A stretch of DNA of 63,974 nucleotides, the filler included, from a bacterium (GTDB lineage Bacteria > JALSQH01), in assembly GCA_027004335.1 (NCBI GenBank). It is 12 parts of 12 records of this genome, joined end to end, with 100 filler letters (N's around TTAATTAATTAA, not from the genome) between each part and the next. Parts side by side here need not be neighbours in the genome. Positions count along the whole stretch, not along the records: positions 39,000 to 42,174 come from JALTID010000148.1; positions 42,275 to 45,444 come from JALTID010000149.1; positions 45,545 to 54,944 come from JALTID010000150.1; 9 more parts are not named here. One strand, 5' to 3'. Under the pieces are notes generated by a model, which saw nothing but the letters and a program-made list of their open reading frames with translations, ran no database searches and was not told where the DNA came from. Positions 40,495-50,542 of the stretch are shown here, piece by piece. Every line of letters starts with the position of its first letter. Position 1 is the first letter of the stretch. A program made the translations under genes and the position numbers.

Positions 40495-42072
40495 TCACCT
40501 CCTCTTATTCCATACATATAGACCAAGAAGTATTATAAGTTCAGGAATTATAAGCACAGAGAGGTAAAACATGGTTGCCATCTGATCTTCTGTGAAATTC
40601 ACTCTTGAATATTTAATTGCTTTAGGTCTTATAGTAACAAATTGTTCCTCACCAGCAAGCCAGTTCACCATATTCAAGAAAAAATCCATGTTATAGAGAC
40701 TCTGGGCAAATTTGTTAGCAATAAAGTCCGAATCTCCAACGACAATAATTCTAACCTGTTTTTTTTCTCCCTTTCTTTTATTAATTCCCTTGTTTTTACC
40801 ATTCAAATCCTTTTCCACAGCAAAAGCAACAGCCAAAGGACCTTTTATATCATTATCATTTATCTCCGCCTGATGCTTTTCAAATAACCTCTTAACATTT
40901 GTCTCTCCCCAGCTTGCATTGGATGTTTTCGCAAGAGGAGTAATTTTCAAGTCTGAAAGAAATGACGCAACGGTAGTTCCTTTTGAGAAATCCACCTTCT
41001 CTAGTGATCTCGCCATGGGGAAAATAGTTCTTTTTCCATCCATCCCCTTGGTAGCAGGATGCATTCCATAATCCGTGACAACGGGAAAAACTCCTAAGGA
41101 AGGCCCTCCAAAGAGCCTGACACTTTTATCAATAATGACATCATCATCCAATTTTACTCCCCATTTTTCAAGATAATTTTTAAATCCTGCATCCTCCAAT
41201 GGATCAATAAGGAAAATAGCATGACCCCCCCTTTTTATATATTCTGTAATTGCATTTAGTTCCTCAGGAAGATAATTTTTTGAAGGGCTTGCCACTACAA
41301 TTGCCGAGGCATCTGTAGGGATAGAACCCCTATCAAGGATAAATAAACTATCTACCACAAAATTATCATCCTGAAGAGCTTTTTTAATTATAGAATATCC
41401 TTCCGCACTGTTATCTTTAATGGAATGCTCACCGTGCCCAGTAACAAAGTAAATTTTTTTATGTTGACCTTTCACAAGCTTGAGAAGAGCATTGGTAATA
41501 CCCTGCTCGCTATTTTCAACAGCTTTAAAAAATCTGTCTTTATATGCCACAACAACGGTTTTATCCCTGTTAACCTGATATTTCTCTGCAAGCTCTGGAT
41601 GTTTTTCAGGATCTACAACTTCATAAGAGAGATTACTACTTGCATAATCATAAGTTCTTAGTATATCTTCCACCGATCCCGCATTTCCTCCTTCAAAAAA
41701 TGCAAGCATCACTGTACCCTTCGGAACCATCTTCGCCACTTTTTTACTTTCTGGAGAGAGGCTGTAAATTTTATTGGCAGTCGTATCCCATCTCTCAGGC
41801 ACCTTGTAAACAATGAGATTCACTATAACAATAATTGCAAGGATAATTAAACCATAAATAAAAGTTTCCGCACCATACTTTACAGATCTTGATCTGAATC
41901 CCTCCAGTAAAGAAGAAAAATCTACCACAATATAAATTACAAGGAGAAGAATTCCTGCCCCCATGTGAAATTCATTATAAATATTCAAACCGCCTGAAAT
42001 AATCAGAGAAAAAAGACCAAACAAGAAAAGCACAAGACCTGTTATTCCCAGAAACTTAATAAATCTATTCAT
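40495..42072 (-). CDS. GldG-family ABC transporter auxiliary component
   Basis: WDTT.NK.YSLS, VDP.K.P..A..Y, IYFVTGHGE, VVGDSDF..N, N.VNWL. Confidence 0.88.
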   Translation of the reverse strand: MNRFIKFLGITGLVLFLFGLFSLIISGGLNIYNEFHMGAGILLLVIYIVVDFSSLLEGFRSRSVKYGAETFIYGLIILAIIVIVNLIVYKVPERWDTTANKIYSLSPESKKVAKMVPKGTVMLAFFEGGNAGSVEDILRTYDYASSNLSYEVVDPEKHPELAEKYQVNRDKTVVVAYKDRFFKAVENSEQGITNALLKLVKGQHKKIYFVTGHGEHSIKDNSAEGYSIIKKALQDDNFVVDSLFILDRGSIPTDASAIVVASPSKNYLPEELNAITEYIKRGGHAIFLIDPLEDAGFKNYLEKWGVKLDDDVIIDKSVRLFGGPSLGVFPVVTDYGMHPATKGMDGKRTIFPMARSLEKVDFSKGTTVASFLSDLKITPLAKTSNASWGETNVKRLFEKHQAEINDNDIKGPLAVAFAVEKDLNGKNKGINKRKGEKKQVRIIVVGDSDFIANKFAQSLYNMDFFLNMVNWLAGEEQFVTIRPKAIKYSRVNFTEDQMATMFYLSVLIIPELIILLGLYVWNKRR

Positions 42073-42077
42073 CGTTT

Positions 42078-42174
42078 CTACCTCCACCTTAGAGAATCAA
42101 GGGAAAGCTTGCTCAAAAATAGACCAACAGTTATGAAACTTAGATAGTAAATAACATTTCTCAAATCTATCATC
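42078..42174 (-). CDS. GldF-like ABC permease C-terminus (partial)
   Basis: Manual translation IDLRNVIYYLSFITVGLFLSKLSLDSLRWR*. Confidence 0.7.
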
Positions 42175-42394
42175 NNNNNNNNNNNNNNNNNNNNNNNNNN
42201 NNNNNNNNNNNNNNNNNNTTAATTAATTAANNNNNNNNNNNNNNNNNNNNNNNNNNNNNNNNNNNNNNNNNNNNAAACCACAACTTTTTTCAAATCATTT
42301 TTAACGTACTGACAATTAATCTGCAATCGCAAATCAAAGCAAAGTATTTTTCCTGTTTTTCGCAATGGGACACCCTAGAAATCTTTTTTTATCT

Positions 42395-43219
42395 TCATTT
42401 AAGCTTTGCATAGGTATTTTTGGAAGTTGAAATCACTCTCCCTTCTTTCTTTAACTTCTCAATATGGGCCAAAACAGTCAATCGGGCAAAAGGGATAACC
42501 CTCTCGGGTAAATTTTCATTCTCATAAACATAATCAGTAATCTCTTCAATGGTTGTATTCCCTTTTCCCATGGCATCAAGTATCTGTTTCTCTCTTTGAA
42601 GTCTATGAGAAATATAATATTCAATCCTCTCAGCGGGATTTTCAATATCAGGACCATGGCCAGGTAGTATCTTTTTCAATGGAAGTTGCTTCAGCATATT
42701 AAGAGTTTTCATATATTCATACATACTACCCTCTGGAGGCCCTACCCATGGAGTACCCTCTCCGAGAATAGTGTCACCACTAAAAAGGATATCTTCCTCC
42801 TCAAGAAGGGGAGAAATATGACCAAATGTATGACCCGGGGTATGAACCAGCCGAATTGTGAATCCTCTGAAAAACAATTTTAAATCTCCCTTAACTCTAA
42901 AAACCATCTTATCAAGATCTATCTTCATGAACTTTGGAAGGATCTCTCTTTTATGGACAAAAATTTTAACCCCCATTTCATATAGAAAAGGAATGCCCCC
43001 CGCATGATCCTCATGTAGATGGGAGATTATCGCAGCTTTAACATTTCTTTTCTTAACCAGAGCCTTCAGAAGTTTCTCAGTTTCTTTATTATAATACCCA
43101 CTATCAATAAGGACCGAATCACCCTCTCCGTAAAGAAGATATAAGTTTGCCTCCCTCTCTATTGATGTTTCAAATCCAGGAACAGAAAACTTCTCTATTT
43201 TCACATTTGTTTCACTCAT
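42395..43219 (-). CDS. MBL-fold metallo-hydrolase (LACTB2-like)
   Basis: SHLHEDHAGG, HTPGHT.GH, FSGD, LPGHG, HRLQRE, C-terminal winged helix. Confidence 0.92.
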   Translation of the reverse strand: MSETNVKIEKFSVPGFETSIEREANLYLLYGEGDSVLIDSGYYNKETEKLLKALVKKRNVKAAIISHLHEDHAGGIPFLYEMGVKIFVHKREILPKFMKIDLDKMVFRVKGDLKLFFRGFTIRLVHTPGHTFGHISPLLEEEDILFSGDTILGEGTPWVGPPEGSMYEYMKTLNMLKQLPLKKILPGHGPDIENPAERIEYYISHRLQREKQILDAMGKGNTTIEEITDYVYENENLPERVIPFARLTVLAHIEKLKKEGRVISTSKNTYAKLK

Positions 43220-43859
43220 ACCTTCTGGAAAAAAGCTCTTTTCTCTTCACAAAGGGTATGATGTAAGACCATATTTCTTCAGCTTCTTCACGATTTCTAA
43301 CAGTGAGAAAAACTTTTTCAAAAACATACTTATCCAGAGCTCGCAAAATAGCTCTGACAGATTCTTCTATGGGAACAAATGAATAGTATATCCCAATAGG
43401 TCTTAATCTAATCTTCTTGGCTCCTTTTCCTGCGAGGATAGTAAAAGCTTCCATATAAGCTTTTACCATTGATTTATAATCATAAATTTCATCATCATCG
43501 CTCATCAGATCAAAAATTACTGCTCTTACCACCAGAGGAGAGGTGTAAGAAGGGGAAGTCACCTGAGTATCATCCTCCAGATATGCCTTACCAGGCTCCA
43601 CATAAGTGTTTTCAAAAAAAGAAGCTTCAAGAAAATCATCCCAATCATCAATGTCTCTGTCGAGAATCTGATTGGCTTTCCCTCTCTTCTGAGGAGAATC
43701 TATTAAGCCCATGGTATCCTGTTCTAAAATTATTCCATCAACCTTCAATTCATCTTCATCACTAAAGGAAATAGCGAGCAAATTACTCCCAAAAACCAGC
43801 TGGATGTTTTTATCAAAGTAATTTTTATAATATGAATTGAAATCAACTAACTTACCCAT
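43212..43859 (-). CDS. Acidic hypothetical protein, possibly macrodomain-like
   Basis: Overlaps both neighbours in an operon; alpha/beta pattern VDGIILEQD...PG....VVRAVIFD...KKIRLRPIG. Confidence 0.6.
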   Translation of the reverse strand: MGKLVDFNSYYKNYFDKNIQLVFGSNLLAISFSDEDELKVDGIILEQDTMGLIDSPQKRGKANQILDRDIDDWDDFLEASFFENTYVEPGKAYLEDDTQVTSPSYTSPLVVRAVIFDLMSDDDEIYDYKSMVKAYMEAFTILAGKGAKKIRLRPIGIYYSFVPIEESVRAILRALDKYVFEKVFLTVRNREEAEEIWSYIIPFVKRKELFSRRYE

Positions 43860-44697
43860 TTTGATCCCTCATCTTTGTAATTACAACCTCACCTAAAGAA
43901 GCATTTTTTATGCCAAAAGACAATTTTACAAAATTTTCCCCAATTTCACTTATATGAATTGAAATCTTACTACCAACCTTTATATCATCACCCTGAGCTC
44001 CATCATAGACAATTAATCCTCTTTTTATCATACATTTTCTTGATGAAGGTGCCCTATTCCACTCTATTTCAAACAGGGAAAACTCTTTATCTCCAATCTT
44101 AACCTCATCACCTTTTTTCAAAACCACCTTTACCTCAATAGAAGCTTTTCTTTCCATAAAATTATTCCCGGTTAAAACAGAAGTAAGCCTCACCTGAAAA
44201 TCTTTTGCCTTATAAGGTTTTGAGATGCCCAAAATTGTCAGTTCCCCGTTTATCTTCATAATAAACTGAGTGGGAGAGAGAGATGCTGCCATAAGTGAGA
44301 GTCTGTTAAACTTTACAGGAAGCAGAGAGGGGTTACACACCCCGATTGTTACACTTTTTGCCGTGGGGTCTTCCCCATAGATATCCAGGACAACTAAAGC
44401 ATCATTACCATCAATAATATAGTAACCATATTTAGAGAGAGTAACATCTCTTGATACCCCTTTTTTCGCTATCTTAAAAGCAACTCTATATGGAATATTC
44501 TTCCCATCTCCGGAGATCTTCAATACAGAAACTGTAGAATCACCTGTTTTAAACTGATCTCCGACAAAATACATATCCTTATTATCAAACTTAATGGAGA
44601 GCATCTTCTGCTGATAATCTTTCATGCTGAGTTGCGAAGAGGCACAACTGGAAAGCACGAAAGAGAGAAAAATCAAAAAAAATTTTTTAGCTTGCAT
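43852..44697 (-). CDS. Hypothetical lipoprotein
   Basis: Lipobox VLSS-C after a hydrophobic signal. Confidence 0.7.
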   Translation of the reverse strand: MQAKKFFLIFLSFVLSSCASSQLSMKDYQQKMLSIKFDNKDMYFVGDQFKTGDSTVSVLKISGDGKNIPYRVAFKIAKKGVSRDVTLSKYGYYIIDGNDALVVLDIYGEDPTAKSVTIGVCNPSLLPVKFNRLSLMAASLSPTQFIMKINGELTILGISKPYKAKDFQVRLTSVLTGNNFMERKASIEVKVVLKKGDEVKIGDKEFSLFEIEWNRAPSSRKCMIKRGLIVYDGAQGDDIKVGSKISIHISEIGENFVKLSFGIKNASLGEVVITKMRDQNG

Positions 44698-44750
44698 TCC
44701 CTTTACTATTATATCATAATGGTAAAATAATCAAATGCTAATATTTAACA

Positions 44751-45444
44751 ATGAAAGAGAAAAATATTCCTGAAAAAATTGTCTATTCTCTGCTTACTAT
44801 TAATTTAATACTCTTCGGAGGCCCGCACTTACCAACAAGGGCTCTAACACTCTTTATAATTATCATACTCTTAACAACTCTGAGAAGAATAAACACGCCT
44901 GGCAACTGGTTTTGGTACTTCCTCATTGGTTTTGGTATATTTCAATTGATACCTTTACCTGAGGGAATTTTAAAAATAATTTCTCCAGGTACCTATACAG
45001 CTACTGTCACNNNNNNNNNNTCGTTATTGACAAAATGTGGCACCCAATTTCTATATATCCTATTGGGACCATCAATATACTGGCTTTAATTGTTATTGAT
45101 TGGGTGCTTTATTCCGTCTCTTTTGAACATTTGACCAAAAAATTAACAAATGTGCGAAATTTTTTCCACTTCCTTGCAATTTCTTCACTCTTTACACTTA
45201 CTGTGGAAGTGGTTAACAAGATTGTGGGAAATGGAAAGATATATGGTTTTACCCTGCAAAGACCTCACGCTTTTGCCCAGTTTATCAACACAAACTTTGC
45301 TGCTACCCTTCTTGGGGCTACTTTTCTGATATATTTGAGCTTTTCTCTTGAAAGAAATAGACGAGAGAATCAGATAAAGGGATTGTCAATATCAGGAATA
45401 ATTTTCGCCGCATTGATCCTTACTCTCTCCAGAGCAGGGATTGT
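44751..45444 (+). CDS. O-antigen ligase-like polytopic membrane protein (10-N gap at 45011-45020, 3' truncated)
   Basis: FQLIPLP....IISP, PISIYP, FINTNFAATLL, LTLSRAG motifs. Confidence 0.72.
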
Positions 45445-45544
45445 NNNNNNNNNNNNNNNNNNNNNNNNNNNNNNNNNNNNNNNNNNNNTTAATTAATTAA
45501 NNNNNNNNNNNNNNNNNNNNNNNNNNNNNNNNNNNNNNNNNNNN

Positions 45545-45675
45545 TCTCTTTTGAAAAGGAAAGAATCGCAGATGAAATTAAAATGAGAGAAAACAACTCA
45601 AGAAGGTTATTTATCCTCGGAATGATTGTAGGAATACTTGTAATTGTGGGAGGGATAATATTAATAATAAAATAA
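45545..45675 (+). CDS. C-terminus of a hypothetical tail-anchored protein (partial)
   Basis: Manual translation FEKERIADEIKMRENNSRRLFILGMIVGILVIVGGIILIIK*. Confidence 0.45.
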
Positions 45676-45749
45676 GGTTTTTTTCAAAAATAATTCTGAG
45701 GGAATTTTCTATAAAAGCTGTAAGTAAGTGGTTTCTCTTCTCTTTTTTA

Positions 45750-47453
45750 GTGGGAATCTTTACCGGGATCTCTGCAATAATTTTTAACCTTATGTTGATC
45801 TATGCGGAGAAGTTCCTTCTTATAAATACTGCAGGGCTCATTCAGCCCCTTCCACATGGTGAAAGAGAAAATTTTCTTAATTTTGAGGTGGGGAACCCTC
45901 TTATTAGATTCCTCCTACCTGCTTTTGGTGGACTAATTGTAGGATGGCTTATATACAGATTTGCCCCTGAAACAGCAGGTCATGGAACAGATGCAGTTAT
46001 AGATTCATATCATAAAAAAAGAGGCCTTATTCGCCCAATTGTTCCAATTATAAAAACCATAGCATCGGCAATAACTCTCGGATCAGGAGGCTCAGGTGGA
46101 CGAGAGGGACCAGTTGCTCAAACGGGCGGCGGTATCGGGTCAGTAATTGCCAAGATGTTTAAAATGGCCGAGAGGGATAGGAGAATTCTGGTACTCTCTG
46201 GGGTTGGGGGAGGAATTGGCTCTATTTTCAGAGCACCTCTTGGTGGTGCTCTTTTTTCTACCGAAGTTTTGTACAGGCAGGCTGATTTTGAGGGTGAAGC
46301 CGTCATGCCCTCTATCATCTCAGCAATAACTGCCTATTCAATTTTTGGATTCTTTGCCACATGGAGACCCATCTTCCTTACTCCTGCATATAAATTTAAT
46401 GTACAGGAATTAGGTTTTTTTGCTGTACTGGGTCTTCTTGTTGTTCCATTTTCATACCTGTATGTCAAGACATTCTACTGGGTAAAGGAAAAATTTGACA
46501 CAATGAAATTAAACCCCATCTTCAAACCAATGATAGGAGGCTTACTAACAGGCTTAATACTTCTTTTTATGCCCCATGTGGCAGGTACCAGCTATGGATG
46601 GATCCAGATGGCAATGCTGGGGAAAATATCCATCCTGTTAATGTTTTCCATAGCTATTTTTAAAATTATTGCTACATCGTTTACCATCGCATCAGGAGGC
46701 TCAGGAGGAGTTTTTGCACCCTCCCTCGTGATTGGAGGGATGGTAGGAGGAGTAACTGGGGTACTTTTAAATCACTTCTTACCCGGGGTAGTTCATGATC
46801 CCTCACCCTATGTTATGGTAGGTATGGGAAGTTTTTTTGCAGCGGCAGCAAAGGTTCCTCTGGCAACCATCGTAATGGTAGCTGAAATGACAGGAAATTA
46901 CGATCTCCTCGTTCCCATAACTCTGGCTTCTTCCATAGCTTTTCTTGTATCAGGAAGATGGAGCATCTACGAAAGCCAGGTCAATACAAAAATGGAATCT
47001 CCTGCACACAGAGGAGATTTTGTGATTGATGTACTTAAGAAATTAAAAGTGAAAGATATAAAGGAACTGCCTCAGGAGATACCTTATGTAATGGAAGATA
47101 CCAATCTTATCTCAATTCTTCAGGTAGCTGCTGCTTCTACCTTTAGTATCATTCCTGTAATTGATAAGTCTAACAGATTAAAAGGCATAATTGATATGAG
47201 CGATCTCAGGAGCACAATTTATCAGGGTGATGTCTCAGAACTTGGAGAAATAATAATAGCAAAAGACATAGAAAAAACCACCCTCCCTTCAATAAAACCC
47301 GAAGAAACCCTTCAGAAAGCTCTTGATCTTTTCACAAATTGGGGAGCTGATGAAATTATAGTAGTAAATAAGGAAGAGGAATGTTTAGGGATTCTCACCA
47401 GGGGAGAACTTCTGAAAGGGTACAACAGGGCTATCCTACAAAAGATAAAATAG
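45750..47453 (+). CDS. ClC-family chloride channel/antiporter with CBS pair
   Basis: GHGTD, GSGGREGP (gating Glu), FRAPLGG, SGGVFAP, EMTG.Y; C-terminal CBS; the true start is probably further upstream. Confidence 0.93.
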   Translation: MGIFTGISAIIFNLMLIYAEKFLLINTAGLIQPLPHGERENFLNFEVGNPLIRFLLPAFGGLIVGWLIYRFAPETAGHGTDAVIDSYHKKRGLIRPIVPIIKTIASAITLGSGGSGGREGPVAQTGGGIGSVIAKMFKMAERDRRILVLSGVGGGIGSIFRAPLGGALFSTEVLYRQADFEGEAVMPSIISAITAYSIFGFFATWRPIFLTPAYKFNVQELGFFAVLGLLVVPFSYLYVKTFYWVKEKFDTMKLNPIFKPMIGGLLTGLILLFMPHVAGTSYGWIQMAMLGKISILLMFSIAIFKIIATSFTIASGGSGGVFAPSLVIGGMVGGVTGVLLNHFLPGVVHDPSPYVMVGMGSFFAAAAKVPLATIVMVAEMTGNYDLLVPITLASSIAFLVSGRWSIYESQVNTKMESPAHRGDFVIDVLKKLKVKDIKELPQEIPYVMEDTNLISILQVAAASTFSIIPVIDKSNRLKGIIDMSDLRSTIYQGDVSELGEIIIAKDIEKTTLPSIKPEETLQKALDLFTNWGADEIIVVNKEEECLGILTRGELLKGYNRAILQKIK

Positions 47454-48422
47454 TCATGTATAAACAAGGGTCACATTTAATCCTCTGGTAACCCTTACTT
47501 CTCTCCACTTCTCATTTACAAACAATTCACCATCTATTATATATCCCATTCCACTTTTTATCCTTATCTCACTGGCTGAGCCTCTCCAGTGGGGAGCAGA
47601 AAAACTGTATCTTACAAGTTCCAATCCCCAGAGAATATTATGAGCATTTCTTAAAGCAGTTACCACATCCAAGTCACTAACAACATAGTAAAATTCATCC
47701 CTTGCTTTGTTAATTCCCCTGAAAGGTGTCAACCCAGGAAATGGATCAGGAATAGGAGTAGCAACAGAAGCTTTTAATCTTTCGGAAGGAAAAATTTTCC
47801 CTTCAATGACAACCTCAGCTTTGTCAGGTTTAATAAGTTCTCTATACTCTTCAATATCCATGGCAATTCCACCGATGGTCTGCATTATTTCTCGGAAGAC
47901 CCATCTTATTCCAGGTTTTCCATTTTCAAGATATCTTTTTATAAACTTATAAACCGTTCCATTGGCAAATGTAAATCCGTATTGGGGGAACTCCTCCTGT
48001 GGATCCTCTATTTTAAGAAGTGGAACTTCAAGTAATTTTACCTGATCTTTCATAAACTTATCCATGAATCTTCTCATGGCAACAACTGGATTTGACACCC
48101 TCATGTGCATATGCCTGACTATTGCATTGGTAGAACCCCCTGCAAGTGGTATTATCCTTGGTACATTTTCATTACCGTATTTATCTATCAAATATGTCAA
48201 GACCTTTTGGAGAGTCCCGTCACCCCCACTTATCCCAAGATAGGTGATTCTCTGAGACATAAAATTATCTACAACTTTTTCCATTTCATCTAAAGATGCT
48301 GTATCTGCAGCCTCTCCCCATTCTCTTAAGATCGGCCGAATAACACTGGCTGTATATTTTCTGTTCTTATTTCTTTTGGAGTTCAAATTTACGACTACAC
48401 CAATACATTTTCTCACAGCCAT
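47454..48422 (-). CDS. Diacylglycerol kinase-family protein
   Basis: VVVN..S, SGGDGTL, PLAGGSTN, YIIDGE. Confidence 0.85.
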   Translation of the reverse strand: MAVRKCIGVVVNLNSKRNKNRKYTASVIRPILREWGEAADTASLDEMEKVVDNFMSQRITYLGISGGDGTLQKVLTYLIDKYGNENVPRIIPLAGGSTNAIVRHMHMRVSNPVVAMRRFMDKFMKDQVKLLEVPLLKIEDPQEEFPQYGFTFANGTVYKFIKRYLENGKPGIRWVFREIMQTIGGIAMDIEEYRELIKPDKAEVVIEGKIFPSERLKASVATPIPDPFPGLTPFRGINKARDEFYYVVSDLDVVTALRNAHNILWGLELVRYSFSAPHWRGSASEIRIKSGMGYIIDGELFVNEKWREVRVTRGLNVTLVYT

Positions 48423-48597
48423 AAGTTCTTACCCCCTCTCTGGTTCTAAATAAGTATACATCAAAAAATAAAAATTTCAATCTGTAGAGATTATTATTAA
48501 AACAAATGAACTCAAAATTTAGGAAAATTAAGATAATTTCTCCATGATAAAGATAGATAATACAAAGATTAAATTCCTCTACCGAGAGTAGAAATTG

Positions 48598-49458
48598 CTA
48601 GGGCTGCTTAAATACTTTCCCGACCCGAAAATAGGTAGTTAAGCCTCGCCTGGCACCCCCTCCTATGCCAAGACCTATCAGAGCCTCTATCTGAACAGGG
48701 GCATCAATTGTGGTATAGCCAACCATGAGGGAAGAATTAGGTCCGTTCTCATAATCTGGATATGATGTAAACTTAAGCTGAAAAGCAAATCTGTTATGAG
48801 ATAGAACTCTTACCCGTGAACAACCATAGAATTCCCAGAGATCTCCTATCACATAACCATCTAAAAGAAACTGAGAAGAATCCACCTTTCCAAAGTGCAG
48901 CAACACATCCCAGCCAATTTGATTTTCCTCATTCTGGACTCCAAGAATTGGTCCAAACTCTATTGCTCCACTTTCTGTATCAAAACCACCTAAAAGTGAA
49001 AGATAAAAAGTGTCTGTGTTTCTTACCGCACTGTATTCAGTGTAATTTTCTGAAGAGACCTGGATTTTCTTAAGCTCCTTATAATTAAAATGGTTGAATC
49101 CCGCTTTTAGAATCACCCCAATTCCGGGGGATATTCCACTGAAGATGGTTGAGTACTCAATAGCTTCATCTTCATAATTGGGGCTGTAAAAAATATCTCC
49201 AACCTGCAAAGAAGAAACCAGTTTTGTTTCCATTTTCTTTTTATGCTTCATAAGCTCCATTTTATCCCTTATCAGATAGATTTTTTTACCAGTGAAAGTG
49301 GTCGAAGAGACAGGAGAATGAAATTTTATGACAGCTTCCTTCTCACTTGCTTTAACGGTAGTGTATACTAATTTTGTGTAAGGGTTGTAAGAAAAAGCCA
49401 CCTCCTGTAAGCTGGGTAGAAAAACCCAAACTAAACAGAGAAATTTCAAACTTTCCAC
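48598..49458 (-). CDS. Hypothetical exported protein, possible beta-barrel
   Basis: Hydrophobic N-terminus; beta-strand-rich C-terminal half. Confidence 0.5.
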   Translation of the reverse strand: MESLKFLCLVWVFLPSLQEVAFSYNPYTKLVYTTVKASEKEAVIKFHSPVSSTTFTGKKIYLIRDKMELMKHKKKMETKLVSSLQVGDIFYSPNYEDEAIEYSTIFSGISPGIGVILKAGFNHFNYKELKKIQVSSENYTEYSAVRNTDTFYLSLLGGFDTESGAIEFGPILGVQNEENQIGWDVLLHFGKVDSSQFLLDGYVIGDLWEFYGCSRVRVLSHNRFAFQLKFTSYPDYENGPNSSLMVGYTTIDAPVQIEALIGLGIGGGARRGLTTYFRVGKVFKQP

Positions 49459-49468
49459 TTAAAAGGGT

Positions 49469-49496
49469 TTGACTTTTTGCGACAATAAATTATAAT
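49469..49496 (+). promoter_or_regulatory. Putative sigma70 promoter of fbp
   Basis: TTGACT-16 nt-TATAAT. Confidence 0.55.
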
Positions 49497-49525
49497 TTAA
49501 TAAAAATAAAAAACGGAGGTAGTTC

Positions 49526-50530
49526 ATGACCCATTCAATTGGTGAGCCGCTTTCAAGGCATATTCTGGAAGAGATGAGGAAAGTTGGGGCCACTGGAGAG
49601 TTCACCATGCTTTTTAATCAAATTGCCTTCGCAGCCAAAATAGTAAGTAGAGAGGTAAATAAAGCCGGACTGGCCAATATCTTAGGATTAACAGGTGAAA
49701 CTAATGTAAGTGGAGACGAGGTTAAAAAATTAGATATCTACGCCAATGATACACTCATAAAAGCACTTAATCATGTGGGGCATCTATGTGTTATGGCATC
49801 AGAGGAGAATAAGACTCTCATAGAGATTCCCGACAGGTATCCAGCGGGAAAGTATGTATTTGTTTTTGACCCTCTTGATGGCTCTTCCAATATAGATGTC
49901 AATGCAACAATTGGTACCATCTTTGGGGTTTACAGAAGGGTCAGTTCAGATGGGAAAGGAACCATGGAAGATGTTCTGCAAAAGGGGGATAACCTCGTAT
50001 GTGGAGGGTATGTACTATATGGTTCTTCCACGATGCTAGTTTATACTACAGGTAATGGTGTTCACGGATTCACCCTTGACCCTTCTGTGGGAGAATTTCT
50101 GCTTTCACATCCAGACATGCAGATTCCCAAAAGGGGTACCATTTACAGTGTAAACGAAGGATACTACAACCTCTGGGATGAGAATGTGAGAAGATATGTG
50201 GATTATCTCAAATCAGATAAAAACAAAAATGGTAAGCCCTACAAGATGAGGTACATCGGATCCCTTGTGGCGGATTTTCACAGGACTCTTATATACGGGG
50301 GAATCTTCATGTATCCTGCAGATAAGAATAGTCCTTCCGGAAAACTGAGGCTTTTATATGAAGCAAATCCTCTCTCCTTTGTGGTGGAACAAGCTGGTGG
50401 GAGAGCAATTGATGGGAGACAGCGAATAAGAGATATCCAACCAACAGACCTTCATCAGAGGACACCCCTTTTCATTGGATCGGAAGAGGATGTTAAAGAA
50501 GCAGAAGCTTTTTTAAGAGGAGAAAAATAA
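49526..50530 (+). CDS. fbp: Fructose-1,6-bisphosphatase class 1
   Basis: [48 protein letters not shown]. Confidence 0.97.
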   Translation: MTHSIGEPLSRHILEEMRKVGATGEFTMLFNQIAFAAKIVSREVNKAGLANILGLTGETNVSGDEVKKLDIYANDTLIKALNHVGHLCVMASEENKTLIEIPDRYPAGKYVFVFDPLDGSSNIDVNATIGTIFGVYRRVSSDGKGTMEDVLQKGDNLVCGGYVLYGSSTMLVYTTGNGVHGFTLDPSVGEFLLSHPDMQIPKRGTIYSVNEGYYNLWDENVRRYVDYLKSDKNKNGKPYKMRYIGSLVADFHRTLIYGGIFMYPADKNSPSGKLRLLYEANPLSFVVEQAGGRAIDGRQRIRDIQPTDLHQRTPLFIGSEEDVKEAEAFLRGEK

Positions 50531-50542
50531 GGGGGTAATTAA

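Noticed and set aside
45011-45020. Split O-antigen ligase-like gene as two genes
   Set aside because: The frame change coincides with a 10-N placeholder gap.
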